From: Macrostomum lignano
Lineage: Eukaryota
NCBI GenBank assembly: GCA_002269645.1
Contig: NIVC01004605.1
Location: 1 to 40,751 of the forward strand
DNA: 40,751 nt
Direction of reading: 5' to 3'
This document shows positions 1 through 12,246 of the stretch, piece after piece. How positions within the stretch are numbered: position 1 is the first letter of the stretch; each line of letters opens with the position of its first letter. The notes under the pieces were generated by a model. The model saw only the letters and a list, made by a program, of their open reading frames with translations. It ran no database searches and was not told where the DNA came from. Made by a program: the position numbers and the translations under genes.

Positions 1-990
1 AGCCACCATGTCAAACATTAAAGAGCCACCATGTTGAACATTAGAGAACCACAATGTCAAACACAAGAGAGCCACCATGTCGAACATTAAAGAGTCACCA
101 TGTAAAACATAAAAGAGCCACCATGTCGAACTTTAAAGAGCCACCATGTCAAACGTAAAAGAGTCACCATGTCGAACTTTAAAGAGCCACCATGTCAAAC
201 GTAAAAGAACCACCATGTCGAACATAAAAGAGCCGACATGTAGAACATAAAAAAGCCACCACGTCAAACATGAACGAAACACCATGTCAAACATTAAAGA
301 GCCACCATGTCAAACATAAAAGAGCCACCATGTCGAACATTAAAGGGCCACCATGTCGAACATAAAAGAGCCACCATGTCAAACATTAAAGGACCACCAT
401 GTCAAACATTAAAGAGGCACCATGTCAAAAATTAACAGCCACCATGTCTAACATTAAAGAGCCACCATGTCAAACATTGAAGAGCTACCATGTCAAACAT
501 TAAAGAGCCACTTTGTCGAGCTTTAAAGAGCTACCATGTCAAACATAAAGGAGCCGACATGTAGAACATTAAAAAGCCACCACGTCAAACATTAACGAGC
601 CACCATGTCAAACATAAAAGAGCCACCATGTCGAACATTAAAGAGCCAAAAGTGTAAAACATAAAGGAGCCACCATGTCGAACACTAAAGAGCCACCACG
701 TCGAACATCAAAGAGCCACCATGTCGAATATTAAAGAGCCACCATGTCAAACAATAAAGAGCCATCATGAAGAACATTATAGAGTCAGAATGTCGAACAT
801 TAAGGAGCCACCATGTGGAACATTAAAGAGCTACCATGTCAAACATTAAAGAGCCAGCATGCCAAACATTAAAGAACCACTTTGTCGAACATTAAAGAGC
901 CACCATGTGGAACATTAAAGAGCTACCATGTCAAACATTAAAGAGCCACCATGTCGAAACATTATTGAGCCACCATGCCAAACATAAAAA
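1..990. repeat. 23-bp tandem minisatellite (consensus AGAGCCACCATGTCAAACATTAA), ~43 degenerate copies, runs off the window start
   Basis: AGCCACCATG recurs at a 23-nt period (positions 1, 24, 70 ...) with scattered substitutions; no unique spacers. Confidence 0.95.
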
Positions 991-1064
991 GAAGTGTCAT
1001 ACCAAAAAAAAAATGGAACCACTATAAAGCTAAGGAAATTGTTGCACTAGCTACTTGTTCTCTG

Positions 1065-1330
1065 GTGGATGCTTGCTATTTAAGGATGGATACTTGCTAC
1101 TTGCAATTGGGGGGATGCTTGCTACCGGGTTAACTTGCTATTGGGAGATGCTTGCTCTTGGGGGTGGAGGGAACTTGCTATCTGAGAGGGGGTTGCTAGA
1201 TATCTATAAGGTCTCTTTGTATCCCAGGTTATGCTTGCTATCTGGGGTTGCATGTGGTCTGGGGGATGCTTGCTATCTGGGGGATGCTTGCAGTCTGGGG
1301 GATGCTTGCTATTTGGGGATCGATGCTTGA
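1065..1330. repeat. Degenerate short tandem repeat (GGGGATGCTTGCTATCTG-like, ~17-19 bp units)
   Basis: ATGCTTGCTA / ACTTGCTA core repeated about ten times, most regularly at 1261-1330. Confidence 0.75.
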
Positions 1331-2475
1331 GTGCTGTCTTGGAATGTTTTTAGAGGGAATGTCTGTTGTTTTTTATGAAGGCTTTATTTCCCTGTCCATT
1401 TGTTATTCGTAAAATGCTTAGGAGACTAGACAATATGGGGACTTCAAGGGGGTGGAAGGAATCGATCGCTCGAAAGCTACTTAAAGCTGTTATTTTTGGT
1501 AAGGCAAAGTTGGGGTTGGGGATTGACGGTGAGGGTGGGTGTTGGGAAGAGAGGGCTGGTGGATGAGGAGAGAGGGCGGAGGCTCAGGAGCAGGGTTTAT
1601 TTTGTGCGCTCCTAAAAAGGAATTGGGAAGACTTTTGAATGCTATGGGGGTAGAGAGAGCGCGCGTGGGGGAAAGAGATTTTCACTTTAACTGAGCCCAG
1701 GCGAGGAAGAATTCAGTGTTGAGCGAAGGCCAGAATGCAAAAGATTTCGGCCTCGCGTAAGGCCAGAATGCCAAAATGAAAAGGAATACAGTCAAATACA
1801 AATACATGAAAGCGATTTTGGCCTTTCAGTTTTTTTGGCTGCATACTATTAATTATAAGTCCTGTAACTCAAGTGAGAATACCGCTACTTTTCACCCTTA
1901 GATTATGTTGATTTTTTTGCTGTCCTAGGGAGGGGGGTGGTAGACTGATGCTATCCCCCTTAGATGAGTGGTTGTAAGTATTGCCACTACTGACAACTAC
2001 TGAGTTTCGGTTTGAGATTTTTAACGCAATTGTCTAATGATTTCTGCAAAGTTATAGTAGCTGTCGTAATCTTTTACATAGGTTACTCCATACTTATGAA
2101 ACCAGTGTCTTTGGAGAGCTAGATTAATATTAGGGACATTGATATCAACGCCGGGCCAATATTTTCTCATGTACTCGCTGCATTCAAGTTTGCATTGGTA
2201 CTTGGATTTGTACAATGGATGAGGCTGAGTATAATAGGAACCTGGAGAGACAACTGGAAACATTTCTATTAAGAATTTAATTTTTTTCAAAGGGTAAGGA
2301 CCCTGTGCTGATAATTTAAAGTCTTAGGGATTTGGTTTCGCGTTGCAAATTGAATGTGTGGAGAAGAATGCAGATTCTTTTCTGATTGTTTCGAATATGC
2401 TATGGGTGGATGTCAGTGGATTATAATGGGATTATGTTCGCAGTTTTCGGAACAAGTAGGACACCTGTTATGCCC

Positions 2476-2607
2476 TGATTCTGTCGGGGATAATACGGAT
2501 GGATTGAATGGGATTATGGAGGACGTTTTGTGAGCGAGTGCGACTCTCTCTTTTTTTCTGATTCTGTCGGGGATAATATGGATGGATTTAATGGGATTAT
2601 GGAGGAG
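2476..2607. repeat. ~49-bp direct repeat pair
   Basis: CTGATTCTGTCGGGGATAATA(C/T)GGATGGATT(G/T)AATGGGATTATGGAGGA occurs at ~2476 and ~2558. Confidence 0.8.
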
Positions 2608-2840
2608 GTGAAAAATTTTGTCCTAAAAGTCCCCTCATGCATTCTATATAATATCTATAACAGCAAACTCGTGAAAAACGTTCACAATAAGTGCCATACT
2701 CTACTTACACCAGTAGTGGCGTTGTAATATTATTCCAGACATGCATGTAGTCAGTAGCAAGCTAGATTACTCATCACACAGTGTCTTTTTTCACACAGGA
2801 TGAGGTTTTTTAGTAATTTAATTAGTGCCAAGGAGTTCAT

Positions 2841-3158
2841 GTGCACTTTAAGCGACATTGTCACACAACCGGCGAGAGGCATTACTACCCCTTCCGCCGA
2901 CACCCCTGAGCAGGCACACAAGCACGCGGATATACATGTACGTACATGTACGCAGTCATATGCACAGGCACACACTCACACAGGAGGGTACAGCGGCCTT
3001 AACTTTATTTATCGTTAGGCATGTACACTTCACTGTGCCTTGGGGTTGGCCGATCAATTTAGTTGATTGAACGAACAGAGCCAAGCCGAAATTTTAATTT
3101 AGCCCCCAAATTATTTAATGTGACTGCACTTGGAATCGAGCCTGGGCCGCCGGCACAT
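2841..3158 (-). mobile_element. SINE family B copy (tRNA-like head truncated)
   Basis: Colinear with 11938-12246 from GTGCACTTTAAGCGACATTGTCACACA through TGACTGCACTTGGAATCGAG; lacks the outer part of the head. Confidence 0.8.
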
Positions 3159-4104
3159 TTGTACGGTTGCAGTTAAGGAATTCTGGTCAGCAATTTTTGA
3201 GTGAACTTGGCGCCAAACATTATAACGAAACTTGCACCATTCGATCAGAAATTGACGGTAGTAACATATACAAACTTTTTCGAAAAACATATGCTTTCTT
3301 GCAAAGGTCAAGCAAATTTTTTGACTGTAAAACTAATTTGTGATTATTGTGTAGAGCCAAAACGGACTGACTTAATTCTGATTCTGAAAAGGATTGTATC
3401 ACAACCGTGACTCCGACTTGAATTGCGTCACAGTGCGGAAAACAGTGCAGAATAGCAGCATAGCATAGTGCACGACTGATTTAGATTGCTTAACCATATT
3501 GTTAACTTTAATAGACTGCTACTGACTGACTGAGAGGTTGATTATGTCAAAACTGCTTCCTGTGACTTTTGCTCTAGCCGACTTAGTATGAATGTAGATT
3601 TATTACGTGCTACAATTCATGTCTTAAAATGCAGCAACGTGGTTTCAAATTTTGAAAATTTTGAAAATGCTGAGATGCTGAGATAAGCAAAGCTCATGGA
3701 TGGTGGGAGAGTTGTTGAGATGTCAATTTCTCTAGGAAATCGTTGAGATTCTGAGGTAAGAAGGATGGAGTGACGCAAAGGGGCGGTTGCAATAGGGTGA
3801 TCATGGGTATAGTACAGGCTGCATGCAACCAATATCCACGAAAAACTCTTTACCTTAAAAAAATCACCGGGCGTGCACTTGCTTTCCTTACGTCACTTTA
3901 GCGTAAGAGCAGGTAGGGCTGAGGACAGCCAGCAAGGCAGGATTTGGTGAGCTCAAATCTATAAATAGCCCTTTGCCGAAGATTGAAAACCACACTCGTA
4001 CAAGACATGATTAAAAATTATTTGTTTGTATTTCGGTCATATAGAATTTACTCAGCCGCTTTGAAACGCAACACAGCGGGCTTGTTGCAATTTCACGCAA
4101 TCTA

Positions 4105-5606
4105 CAGGTGGTCCAGGAAGGTCTCCCAGATTACAAACAGAGTTTTCTCTGCACTGGATTGATGAATTGGGCTGAAACTTGACCTGCTTAAACTTTATTC
4201 TGAATATGATTTTTTGTCTAAAAATCTTAGCAATTGCTAAAAAAATCACGAAGTTACAGCAGTTTTTCTAAAAAACACCGTTTTCACTTACTACTGATGA
4301 GCACATTTCATTCCAGACTTACACGACTTACACGCCAGTTGAAAGATTTAAAATGGCATCCTGGCTGGATGAATTGAAGAGTCCGCTGTTGTTCCAGCGG
4401 CGATGGCGTCGTGAGTTCAATTTGGCTGCCAAACAACGCCCTCCAGATGCTAAGACCATCAAAGATGCACTTAAGGTGGCCTGTGAGTTTTGTTTGGCTC
4501 GACGACCAATTTCTGGGCGTCCACGGACTGCTCGTTCTGCTGAGAATGTGGAACAAGTTGTTCAACACTTCAAGGAGCGACCACAACAGTCAGTACGTCG
4601 TGCGAGTCGGGAGCTGAAAGTTAGCCATCAGTCCATCCTTCGTGTGCTGGATAAGAGTGGCTTTCACCCCTATCGCATGCGCCGTCAACAGGCAATGAAT
4701 GAGGCCGGCAATGAGGCGCGAGTGCTATTCGCAACTGATATGCTGGAGATGTTTGACAGTGATCCTGAAATGTTAACCAACATCATTTTCTCTGATGAGG
4801 CTCATTTCTCCCTGCATGGCCACAATAACACCTGGAACTCGCGGTATTGGGCCATTGAAAACCCAGATTTCTCTATCCAGATGCCCCTTCACAGACCACG
4901 CGTCTCATGCTGGGCTGGAATTTGGTCCCACGGCATTGTTGGACCTTTCTTCTGTGAGGATGCGCAGGGTGCAAATGTTACGGTGAATTCTGAGCGGTAC
5001 GTGGAAATGCTGGATCCAAAGTTTCTGCCTGTGGTTCAGAATTACGAGGCATTTGTTGCTGGTGACTTGTGGCTGATGCAGGATGGTGCTCCAGCCCACA
5101 TCGTGCTTAATGTGCGTGAATGGATTCAGCACAACTTTGAGGAGCGCGAAATCGGACGCTATGAGACAATTCATTGGCTTGCACCCAGTCCTGATCTCAA
5201 CCCTAAGGACTTCTTTGTCTGGGGATGGGTGAAGGACAACGTCTACCGACAGCCAGTGGACAGCCTGGATGAGCTAAGGCACGGAAAACGCAGCTAATGC
5301 ATGATATGCCAGTGGATTTTGGTGTCAACAGCCTTAATAGCTTTAAGAAGCGCCTGCAGACTTGTATCGATAACAAAGGTCATCATGTGGAGCACTGACT
5401 AACAGTTGCATAGCAGATTGTGCTAAAACCCTACTGATTTAACAAAAAACTGCTGTAACTTCATGATTTTTTAGCAATTGCTAAGATTTTTAGACAAAAA
5501 ATATTTTCAGAATAAAGTTTAAGCATGTCAAGTTTCAGCCCAATCCATCAATCCAGTGCAGAGAAAACTCTGCTTCTAGTCCGGGAGACCTTTCTGGACC
5601 TCCCTG
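4105..5606 (+). mobile_element. Tc1/mariner superfamily DNA transposon, DD41D (rosa/Visitor) type, ~1.5 kb, ~165-bp TIRs, TA target-site duplication
   Basis: Left TIR 4105-~4268 (CAGGTGGTCCAGGAAGGTCTCCC...) is the reverse complement of right TIR ~5444-5606 (...GGGAGACCTTTCTGGACCTCCCTG); TA at 4103-4104 and 5607-5608; internal transposase ORF. Confidence 0.93.
4353..5398 (+). pseudogene. DD41D transposase with one frameshift near the C-terminus
   Basis: N-terminal HTH region, GRPRTAR linker, IIFSDEAHF, QDGAPAH and SPDLNPKDFFVWG with 41 residues between the 2nd and 3rd Asp. The ORF stops at 5297, but another frame continues ...FKKRLQTCIDNKGHHVEH* to 5398, the typical family C-terminus. Confidence 0.9.
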
Positions 5607-6019
5607 TATTTTGCTAAGCTGAAGTGAGATTCTTATCGTGTGATGGGTTGGGTTTCCGGTCCAAAAATATCAATGCGTTCATTCTACCCTCACGTTTGAC
5701 TATTTAGGTGGCTAGCTGGTAGTGCAGTTCATACGAGCCATTTATCTGCAACAGCTAGGTAGAGCTAGGGGCAGCAGTGTATACTTTGCACGGATGCATT
5801 TGCAAGAGGCCATAAACAAACTTACGAGTTTAAATATAAGCTGTTAGTCAAAGCTTCACAGTGTCGCAGACACAAAATTAGTCAACAGCTCTTGAATTTT
5901 TAATAATTCACTCTAACGTGCCAAGTAAGTTTTTACTGCCTGCCTGCTGTGTCTATTTTGTTTTCGTTTTAAATAACTAAAACAAGTTTTTCAAATGCAA
6001 ACGCTAATACGAAGGTTAT

Positions 6020-6090
6020 CTCTATCTGTCTCTCTCTTTCTCTCCTCTTTTTTCTCTGTCTTTTTCTTTCTTTCTCTCTCACTGAATCTA

Positions 6091-6145
<55 letters not shown>

Positions 6146-6215
6146 ATCTCTCCGTCTGTCTCTCCCTCTCTCTCCTCTCTTTGTCCTTGTCTCTTTCCCT
6201 CTCTCTCTTCTTTTT
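6020..6215. repeat. Polypyrimidine tract with pure (CT)n microsatellite core (~6097-6142)
   Basis: Directly visible CT dinucleotide run with degenerate flanks. Confidence 0.95.
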
Positions 6216-6296
6216 AGTTCGCTTTCAAAGTTATTTGGCGGTCTGTGCATCGGGAGCTGCGGATAACGGTGGTAGGGGAGACGGGGAGACAAGGAA

Positions 6297-6482
6297 TATG
6301 AGGAGACATGGAGATGGAGGCTCAAAAGTAATTTGTGACAAAAAGAAATAAGTAAAGAAACAGTACAGCTCGTAATTAAACCAAAAAGGGAAATACTAAA
6401 TTGCGACCATGCCAAACCTTTTTTTGCTTTTGTCTTTTTGTCACAAATTACTTTTGAGCCTCCATCTCCATGTCTCCTCATA
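6297..6482. mobile_element. MITE-like element: perfect ~49-bp inverted repeats around an ~86-bp spacer, TA at both outer ends
   Basis: 6298-6346 ATGAGGAGACATGGAGATGGAGGCTCAAAAGTAATTTGTGACAAAAAGA is the exact reverse complement of 6433-6481. Confidence 0.65.
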
Positions 6483-7387
6483 ACTCAAAATAAGTTTTGA
6501 GACTTTGCCGCAACAGTTCGTTCTTTATTCAATGTTAAACTGAACATTGTATACCAAAACTCTGTCACAGAAACTCTTGTTTGAGTTTGAGATTTGTCTG
6601 AGAGCTCATTCTAACTCTGGTGAGACTGGTATGAATTCAGTTCCCCGTTACACTATTTAGGGTTGCTATCAGGGGTGAGATTTTCACTGAATGCTTGAAA
6701 TGGTCTCTCCTCCTCCCTCCACTTCTGTCCGCCCCTCCTATCCTCGTGCTCTCCCTCCTTCCCTTTCCTCTCTTCCTTCTCCTTTCTCATTTTAAGGAAG
6801 AGACCTGCACCAGTGATTTCGGGGAGGTGAAAAGGCGTCAACTTTTCATTTTATAAAAGCAAAATCTGAAGCAATTGTTCGCACTTTGCTGCTTCTATCC
6901 AACCAAAATACACTACTGTCAAGTTTTACCGCGAATAGTAGCATCTTGTCTTGAACAGATTGTTTCGATCCCGTAGCCACATTTTCCCCACTAAGGCTTG
7001 AATTACTGGCTCAATTGACGTGGAAAATGATTTATCCCCTTTTGGACCCGCGTAATATGCAGCTTAAACTGGGCACCCGATGATATCAGTAGCGAATGAA
7101 CTCAAGGTCTTACTGGCCGCATCGGCCGCCGCCAAAGAATCCGCCGCCAAGTGGAGCACTGTACTGCTGTTGCTGCTGCTGCTGGTGGGGTCTTGTAGCC
7201 TATGGTTCATTTATCTTGCCGGGCAACGCTTTTGCCCCCATTCTGGAGTGTCTCTTTATTTGTGTGGCTATTTTAAATACACCCGTTGCAAGCCCTCTCT
7301 CCCTTGCTAAGTTTGGCGAAGCAACCACGAAATTATCGTTTACACTTTCAAATTTCCAGCTAAGCCGCCACCGTTCGGCCTGTCTTA

Positions 7388-10300
7388 ATGAGCGAGGTCA
7401 CCGACGTGAAAAAAATTATACGCTTAAGACCGTCAAGTAGGTCTTTTTTGAATGATGAATGTAGTTTAAATTCCCATAGAAGAGTTTTTACCTGTCGAAC
7501 TTTTAGCTCATTCTTCTGAACTTTACGAAAGGAAGGTTAACACTACCAAACTGTTGTCTTTATTATTGCTTTCAGCTCTTCTTGAAAGTAGTTCTGCCGA
7601 TGATTTCAAATTTGAAGATGAACTATGTAAGTTTTACAATCAAGTTTTGCTAAAATTTTTCCTTGCAAACGAACTAAAATACGCGATGTACAGATTTTAC
7701 ACTGTTGAGACTGGTAGTTTCAAGTAGAATCCTGTAGCTATTTCTGCTTTGCTCAGAGCGGCGACCCTTACTACTAGAGTTATAGAACTGAACTAAGCTA
7801 CAATAGCAAAGAAAACATGCTGGTCTCTTGAATAGCCAACTATGAAAAACCCTATGCCAAATAATGATATTTAAGGTTCCCGAAGATTGGCTCTGTTCTT
7901 CGACGCTCGCAATGAGTCAGTGACAGATGAGTACGCCGACTTTCTAAAAGAGTGCAGTTTTAACGTAAAGAGGAGCCTGGAACAGCAGTATGAAAGCAAA
8001 CTGGGCTCGTGTCTATCCGACTCCGTGAACAATTCCGAGGTCCAGCAGCTAATTGTAGTCGTGATAGCTGGCAATGCTTTCATGAAGGACGTCCTAGATT
8101 TCATGACAATGGGTACATTTCCCAACTGCCAAAACAGATGTTTATTATTTTGTCGCGCTGGTGAAGAAAGCCTGGATGACACGAAACTTGCAAACGAATT
8201 TTCGAATGCGAATTTTAAATACAAGTGTACAACTATCGCTTACATCGTGGCTAAGGAAACTAAAAGCGTACAGGGCTTCTATAGAAGCTTCCTGGATGAC
8301 TGCAGGTGCAGTTGGGAGACTAAAAGTATATTTTCTATCCTGGAGACGGCATTGAAGCTACCACTCGCTTACGAGTCCCTTTCTCTGTATCATAGAGAAG
8401 GAAAGCTCGGTGGAGATTTCCTGCGCGACATATTCAAATTTATCAGGGAACCCAAGAGCAACCTTGATGAAGTTGATGCCTTACCAGCAGCATCAGAGCA
8501 GACTGCTCAAGACAAACCGACTGATTGGATGCGCGAGAATGCCTCAATAATCTATCCGAATCGGCGCAATCTGAAAAAGCCTCGAGCGTTGGTCATCATC
8601 AAATATGACCGAGGAGACTCTCTATACTCTGCTCTGCAAGTTGACCGCAGCAGAGTTATGCGTATGCTAAAAAATCTTGGCTACATTGTAACGGACGTGC
8701 AAACCCGCTCCAATGACGCCTTGAAAAGAAGGATCGAGCTTTTTTCAGAAGATACTGAACACGGTGACTCCTGCATCCTTGTCGTGCTGTCCCAGACGCA
8801 GCAGCAGCTGAGCAGCTCTACTGTCATGAATTTGTACAAAAGCTTGGCTATTGGCGAAAAGCTCGAGGCCAAGCCCCGACTCTTTATTCTGCACGAGTGG
8901 GATGTCACAACACTGCAGACAGACTCTGTTACTGATGGTTTCAGCAGCAATACTTATGAGATCATTGAAGATGCTGTGGACGGTTTGCAGGCCTATTTTC
9001 GCAATCATGATTCAACCATCAAGGTTCATCCACACAGCGGCATGGTGTTCGGTCGATCAGTTAGTAGCGATGTGACAAGAGCAGAGGGCAGCGCTTTTAT
9101 TCAGACACTGTGCGAAACTTTCAGACAGTATGGTCACACAGAGGACGTGGCCTCTATGATTACCATAATTAATGAGCACAAACGACTAGATGAATCTGTG
9201 CCCAAGTGGTTTATTCAGACTGGCAAGCTCTTTTATCTCATGGGAACAGACGGAATCCAGGGTAAGAGAACTTTTTTTAGCTCAATGCATGTATACTTTT
9301 CAATTCGAACTTTGGCAAAAGTGATTTCAGTTTTGGCAACACGATAAATTATGACTGTCACTGTTACTGTCAAAGTGACTTAAAATTCTTTGTGATCAAT
9401 ATCATTGTAGTTCTGTAGCTCAGACTGCTTGTGCCACCGCCAACATTTTTTGGTGTTAGTGTGCGACACTGGTGGTGTAAATTTTGACCTAACGGTTCCT
9501 TCTAGTTGCCTTTAAACAATACAATCTTGAATGACAAATCTGTGATTGACTGCTTTGGCCGTGTTTACATTTATGTCGAGGTACTTCACTAGTCGTCTTC
9601 AGTCTCTCCTTGTTGTTGTCAAAATTGGTCACTTTTGCCAAAGTCGAAATTGAAAAGTTACAACTATGCAGAAATCATTATTGCATAATCATTTGCACTA
9701 TTTTGCTTTTAGCTACCGGTCAGGAGGTTTCGCAACAAAGTCTACAGAAGAAATCTAAAGAGCCTAAACAAAGTCTAGAGAAGAAATCTAAAGAACCTGA
9801 AAGCGCCAGAATTGGTAAGTGGCATATTAAATTATCGAGAAACACCTCTTACGACGTAGAGATCCGATTCATGCGTTATAGCCATATAAAGCTATGCGCA
9901 ACATCTTTGCAAGACTACTCACTTCTAATTATATCTGTTCCGTTTTGCTGCGATGCCCAAACATTTTTATCCTATGAAGAATTATTTCATCTAAAAACCT
10001 TCTGATAAGTACATGTATTTCAGAGAGATACGCTTGAGTTATAAACATTATTAGATTCATGTATTAAAGAACAACTTTGCTTGCATGAGTCAATAAAACT
10101 CGCTAATCTCAGCAAAGCTCAGCCGTACTTGCACTTTTTAATTTCAGATCGAACAGGATTTGCGATGATTCTCACCGAAGGACAGTTTGATGGGGCCAGA
10201 AACTATCAGATGTTTCTGGAGTATGCAGCCTTCAAAGTGCTCTTCGATTACACGGATGGCAATTCGAGCTCAATCAAGACAGCCATCATGCTTCCAAAAG

Positions 10301-11607
10301 AAACTGAAGGAAATGTTGTCCTTTATCTAGTTGTACGCACACATCGCAACGACAACGTCTTGCAAGAAATAGTCGATGAACTTTCTAAACAGCAATCGTC
10401 TCAAAAGTGCAGCAGTAGCATTTTGCTTATCTTCTGCGAAGTGTCCGAGTCTGAAGAGAATTTCGCGAACACTCAGATGCCCGAGGAGCTACCCGAGAAG
10501 TTTAGCCTTGTCAGAGTTGCGGAGTCGGTGCGGCGTGATTGAATTTCTGGACTCCCTGCTGGAATCTCCCAGGAAGAACATCTCTCTCAATGGCAGCCTT
10601 GTGGTTGGTAGAGATTTTTCCTGCCACTCCTGCCATCACGGCATAATGCACTGCAAAGTCAATGACGAAAACCCAGGCTGGAGGAAGAGAATCACTTGGC
10701 TTGAAAACTTTTATATAGAAGAGAGTTCATCGCACCCAAATCTGTCTTCAATTGACGTTAGTGACGACACGCAGACGAGACCAGCAATAAGAGGTTCTCT
10801 CCGATTAGAGAGTTTCAGAAGCGAATGGAATGCACCTGGATTAGACACTCAAGAGTGCAAGGCTGTAGCCCTCATCGTTCAAACGTTGTCTTCCAGAAAA
10901 AGGAACTATCTACTCGGTTCGGAAGTCAGTACGACTGCCAGCGAATGGCTGACACTTTGCTCAGGCTTGGCTACTCAGTGAGCATCAGGTCGAATCTCAC
11001 CAAAGTAGAAATTGAAAGCGAATTAGACATGTTTTGCAGTGACGCACGACACGGCAGCTCAGTCGTAGTTGCTTTTATGTCTCACGGATGTCTCGGTGAA
11101 GTAGTTGGTTTCGACGGCGAATCAGCGAAGGAAAGTAAAATTCTAAAACGAATTTCCAAAGGAAACCGCACAAGTGAAAAGCAGCAATTGGTCATCTTCC
11201 AGAACTGTCTAGACCCTGGTCGATTGCCTAAATCAGAGCTGTCGTTTTTTCCTGGCATGATCGTCGCTCACTCGACTTCGCCGAATGAAAGCAGCTATCG
11301 AATGACAGACAGAGGCAGTCGGTTCATCCAGTGTCTGTGCACTGTTCTCGACCTGTTCGCCGACACGTGCGACATTGCGTCAATGGTTCCTATCGTTAAT
11401 TATGTGGTGCAAAACGCTACTTTTTATATGGGCATCAGCCAGCTGCCCTGGTGGTCTGTGCAGACAAGCAAGAAATTTTGGATTCGAGTCAATGAGCCTC
11501 CTCAAAGCAGTCGTGAATCGCGCCATCAAGCCAATTCAGCTAGGAACCAAACAACGAATGACTGCAGGGTTCAGGTGACGGAACTTCTTCAAAAAATGCG
11601 GTTGTAA
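7388..11607 (+). CDS. Multi-caspase-fold protein gene 1 (degenerate caspase-like + pseudo-caspase + degenerate caspase-like + caspase); last exon has two frameshifts (pseudogene or assembly error)
   Basis: Proposed exons 7388-7436 (ATG, MSEVTDVKKIIRLRPS), 7576-7626, 7876-9261, 9713-9814, 10148-11607; all introns GT-AG and phase 1, giving a continuous frame. Terminal domain has FMSHG (His 11083-11085) and IFQNC (Cys 11206-11208). The exon 3 caspase domain has VLSQT / ILHEW instead. Frameshifts at ~10530 and ~10881 inferred by comparison with gene 2. First exon less certain. Confidence 0.82.
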
Positions 11608-11937
11608 TAATCTACGCAGAGGCAGTTTATCAATTTGACTATTGTGGTGACTGAATAGGTTTAATTGCTTATATTGTAGCTACCAGTGGCAATATTTTAA
11701 TTCTTACATTTTTTCTTAGCGGTTCAAAATCTGATGAATTTCTGTGAGAGCGGTATATATGATTTTAACATTCAAACCATAAAAAATTTACTATTGACAA
11801 CTGTTGGGACAATTAAAGATAACGCCTGTTTATAGGCGTTTGTAAATTTGTTTTACTTTGAAGACTTTTTACACAAATATTAAATTAATAAACTGCTAGT
11901 TAGCTTCTTGGTTAGAGGCAGGGGGCTGTTTACCCTG

Positions 11938-12246
11938 GTGCACTTTAAGCGACATTGTCACACAATCAGCGAGAGGCATTACTGCCCATTCCGCCGGCTC
12001 CCCTAAGCAGGCACACAAGCAAGCGCGCGGATATGTATACAGTCATTCGTAAAGGCACACACGCACACAGGGGTGTACAGTGGCTTTAACAATTTTTATC
12101 GCTAGGCATGTACACTTTACTGTGTCTTGAGGTTGGCCCTTAAGGCCGTTACTTGCATGAGCAGAGCCAAGCTGACTGCACTTGGAATCGAGTATGGACC
12201 GCTGGCACATCAGAACGCCGCGTTAGACCACAAGGCTACGGCCCCC
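11938..12246 (-). mobile_element. SINE family B copy with complete tRNA-like head
   Basis: Minus strand begins GGGGGCCGTAGCCTTGTGGTCTAACG (A-box-like) ... ACTCGATTCC (B-box-like), followed by a body shared with 2841-3158, 13445-13650 and 24005-24160. Confidence 0.82.

Noticed and set aside
1-990. Repeat array as CRISPR, or as a Kozak (GCCACCATG) micro-ORF array
   Set aside because: No unique spacers, no cas genes, and the context is eukaryotic. The 23-nt period is not a multiple of 3 and hits a stop within ~20 codons, so the Kozak match is most likely coincidental.
3740-4010. Promoter-like block with CTATAAATAG (~3960)
   Set aside because: No downstream gene other than the inserted transposon; a single TATA match is insufficient.
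5969-6481. Arg/Glu-rich and Ser/Leu-rich ORFs
   Set aside because: Derived from the (CT)n tract and the inverted repeat.
7080-7440. ORFs 7080-7310 and 7096-7440, and a minus-strand PHQQQQQQYSAPLGGGFFGGGRCGQ* stretch
   Set aside because: Low-complexity (CTG/CAG, GCC) sequence; no supporting neighbouring exons or recognisable family.
12175-12246. tRNA gene calls for the tRNA-like heads here and at 17670-17743 and 35641-35715
   Set aside because: They keep A/B boxes but lack a proper acceptor stem and run into shared repeat bodies, so they are SINE heads.
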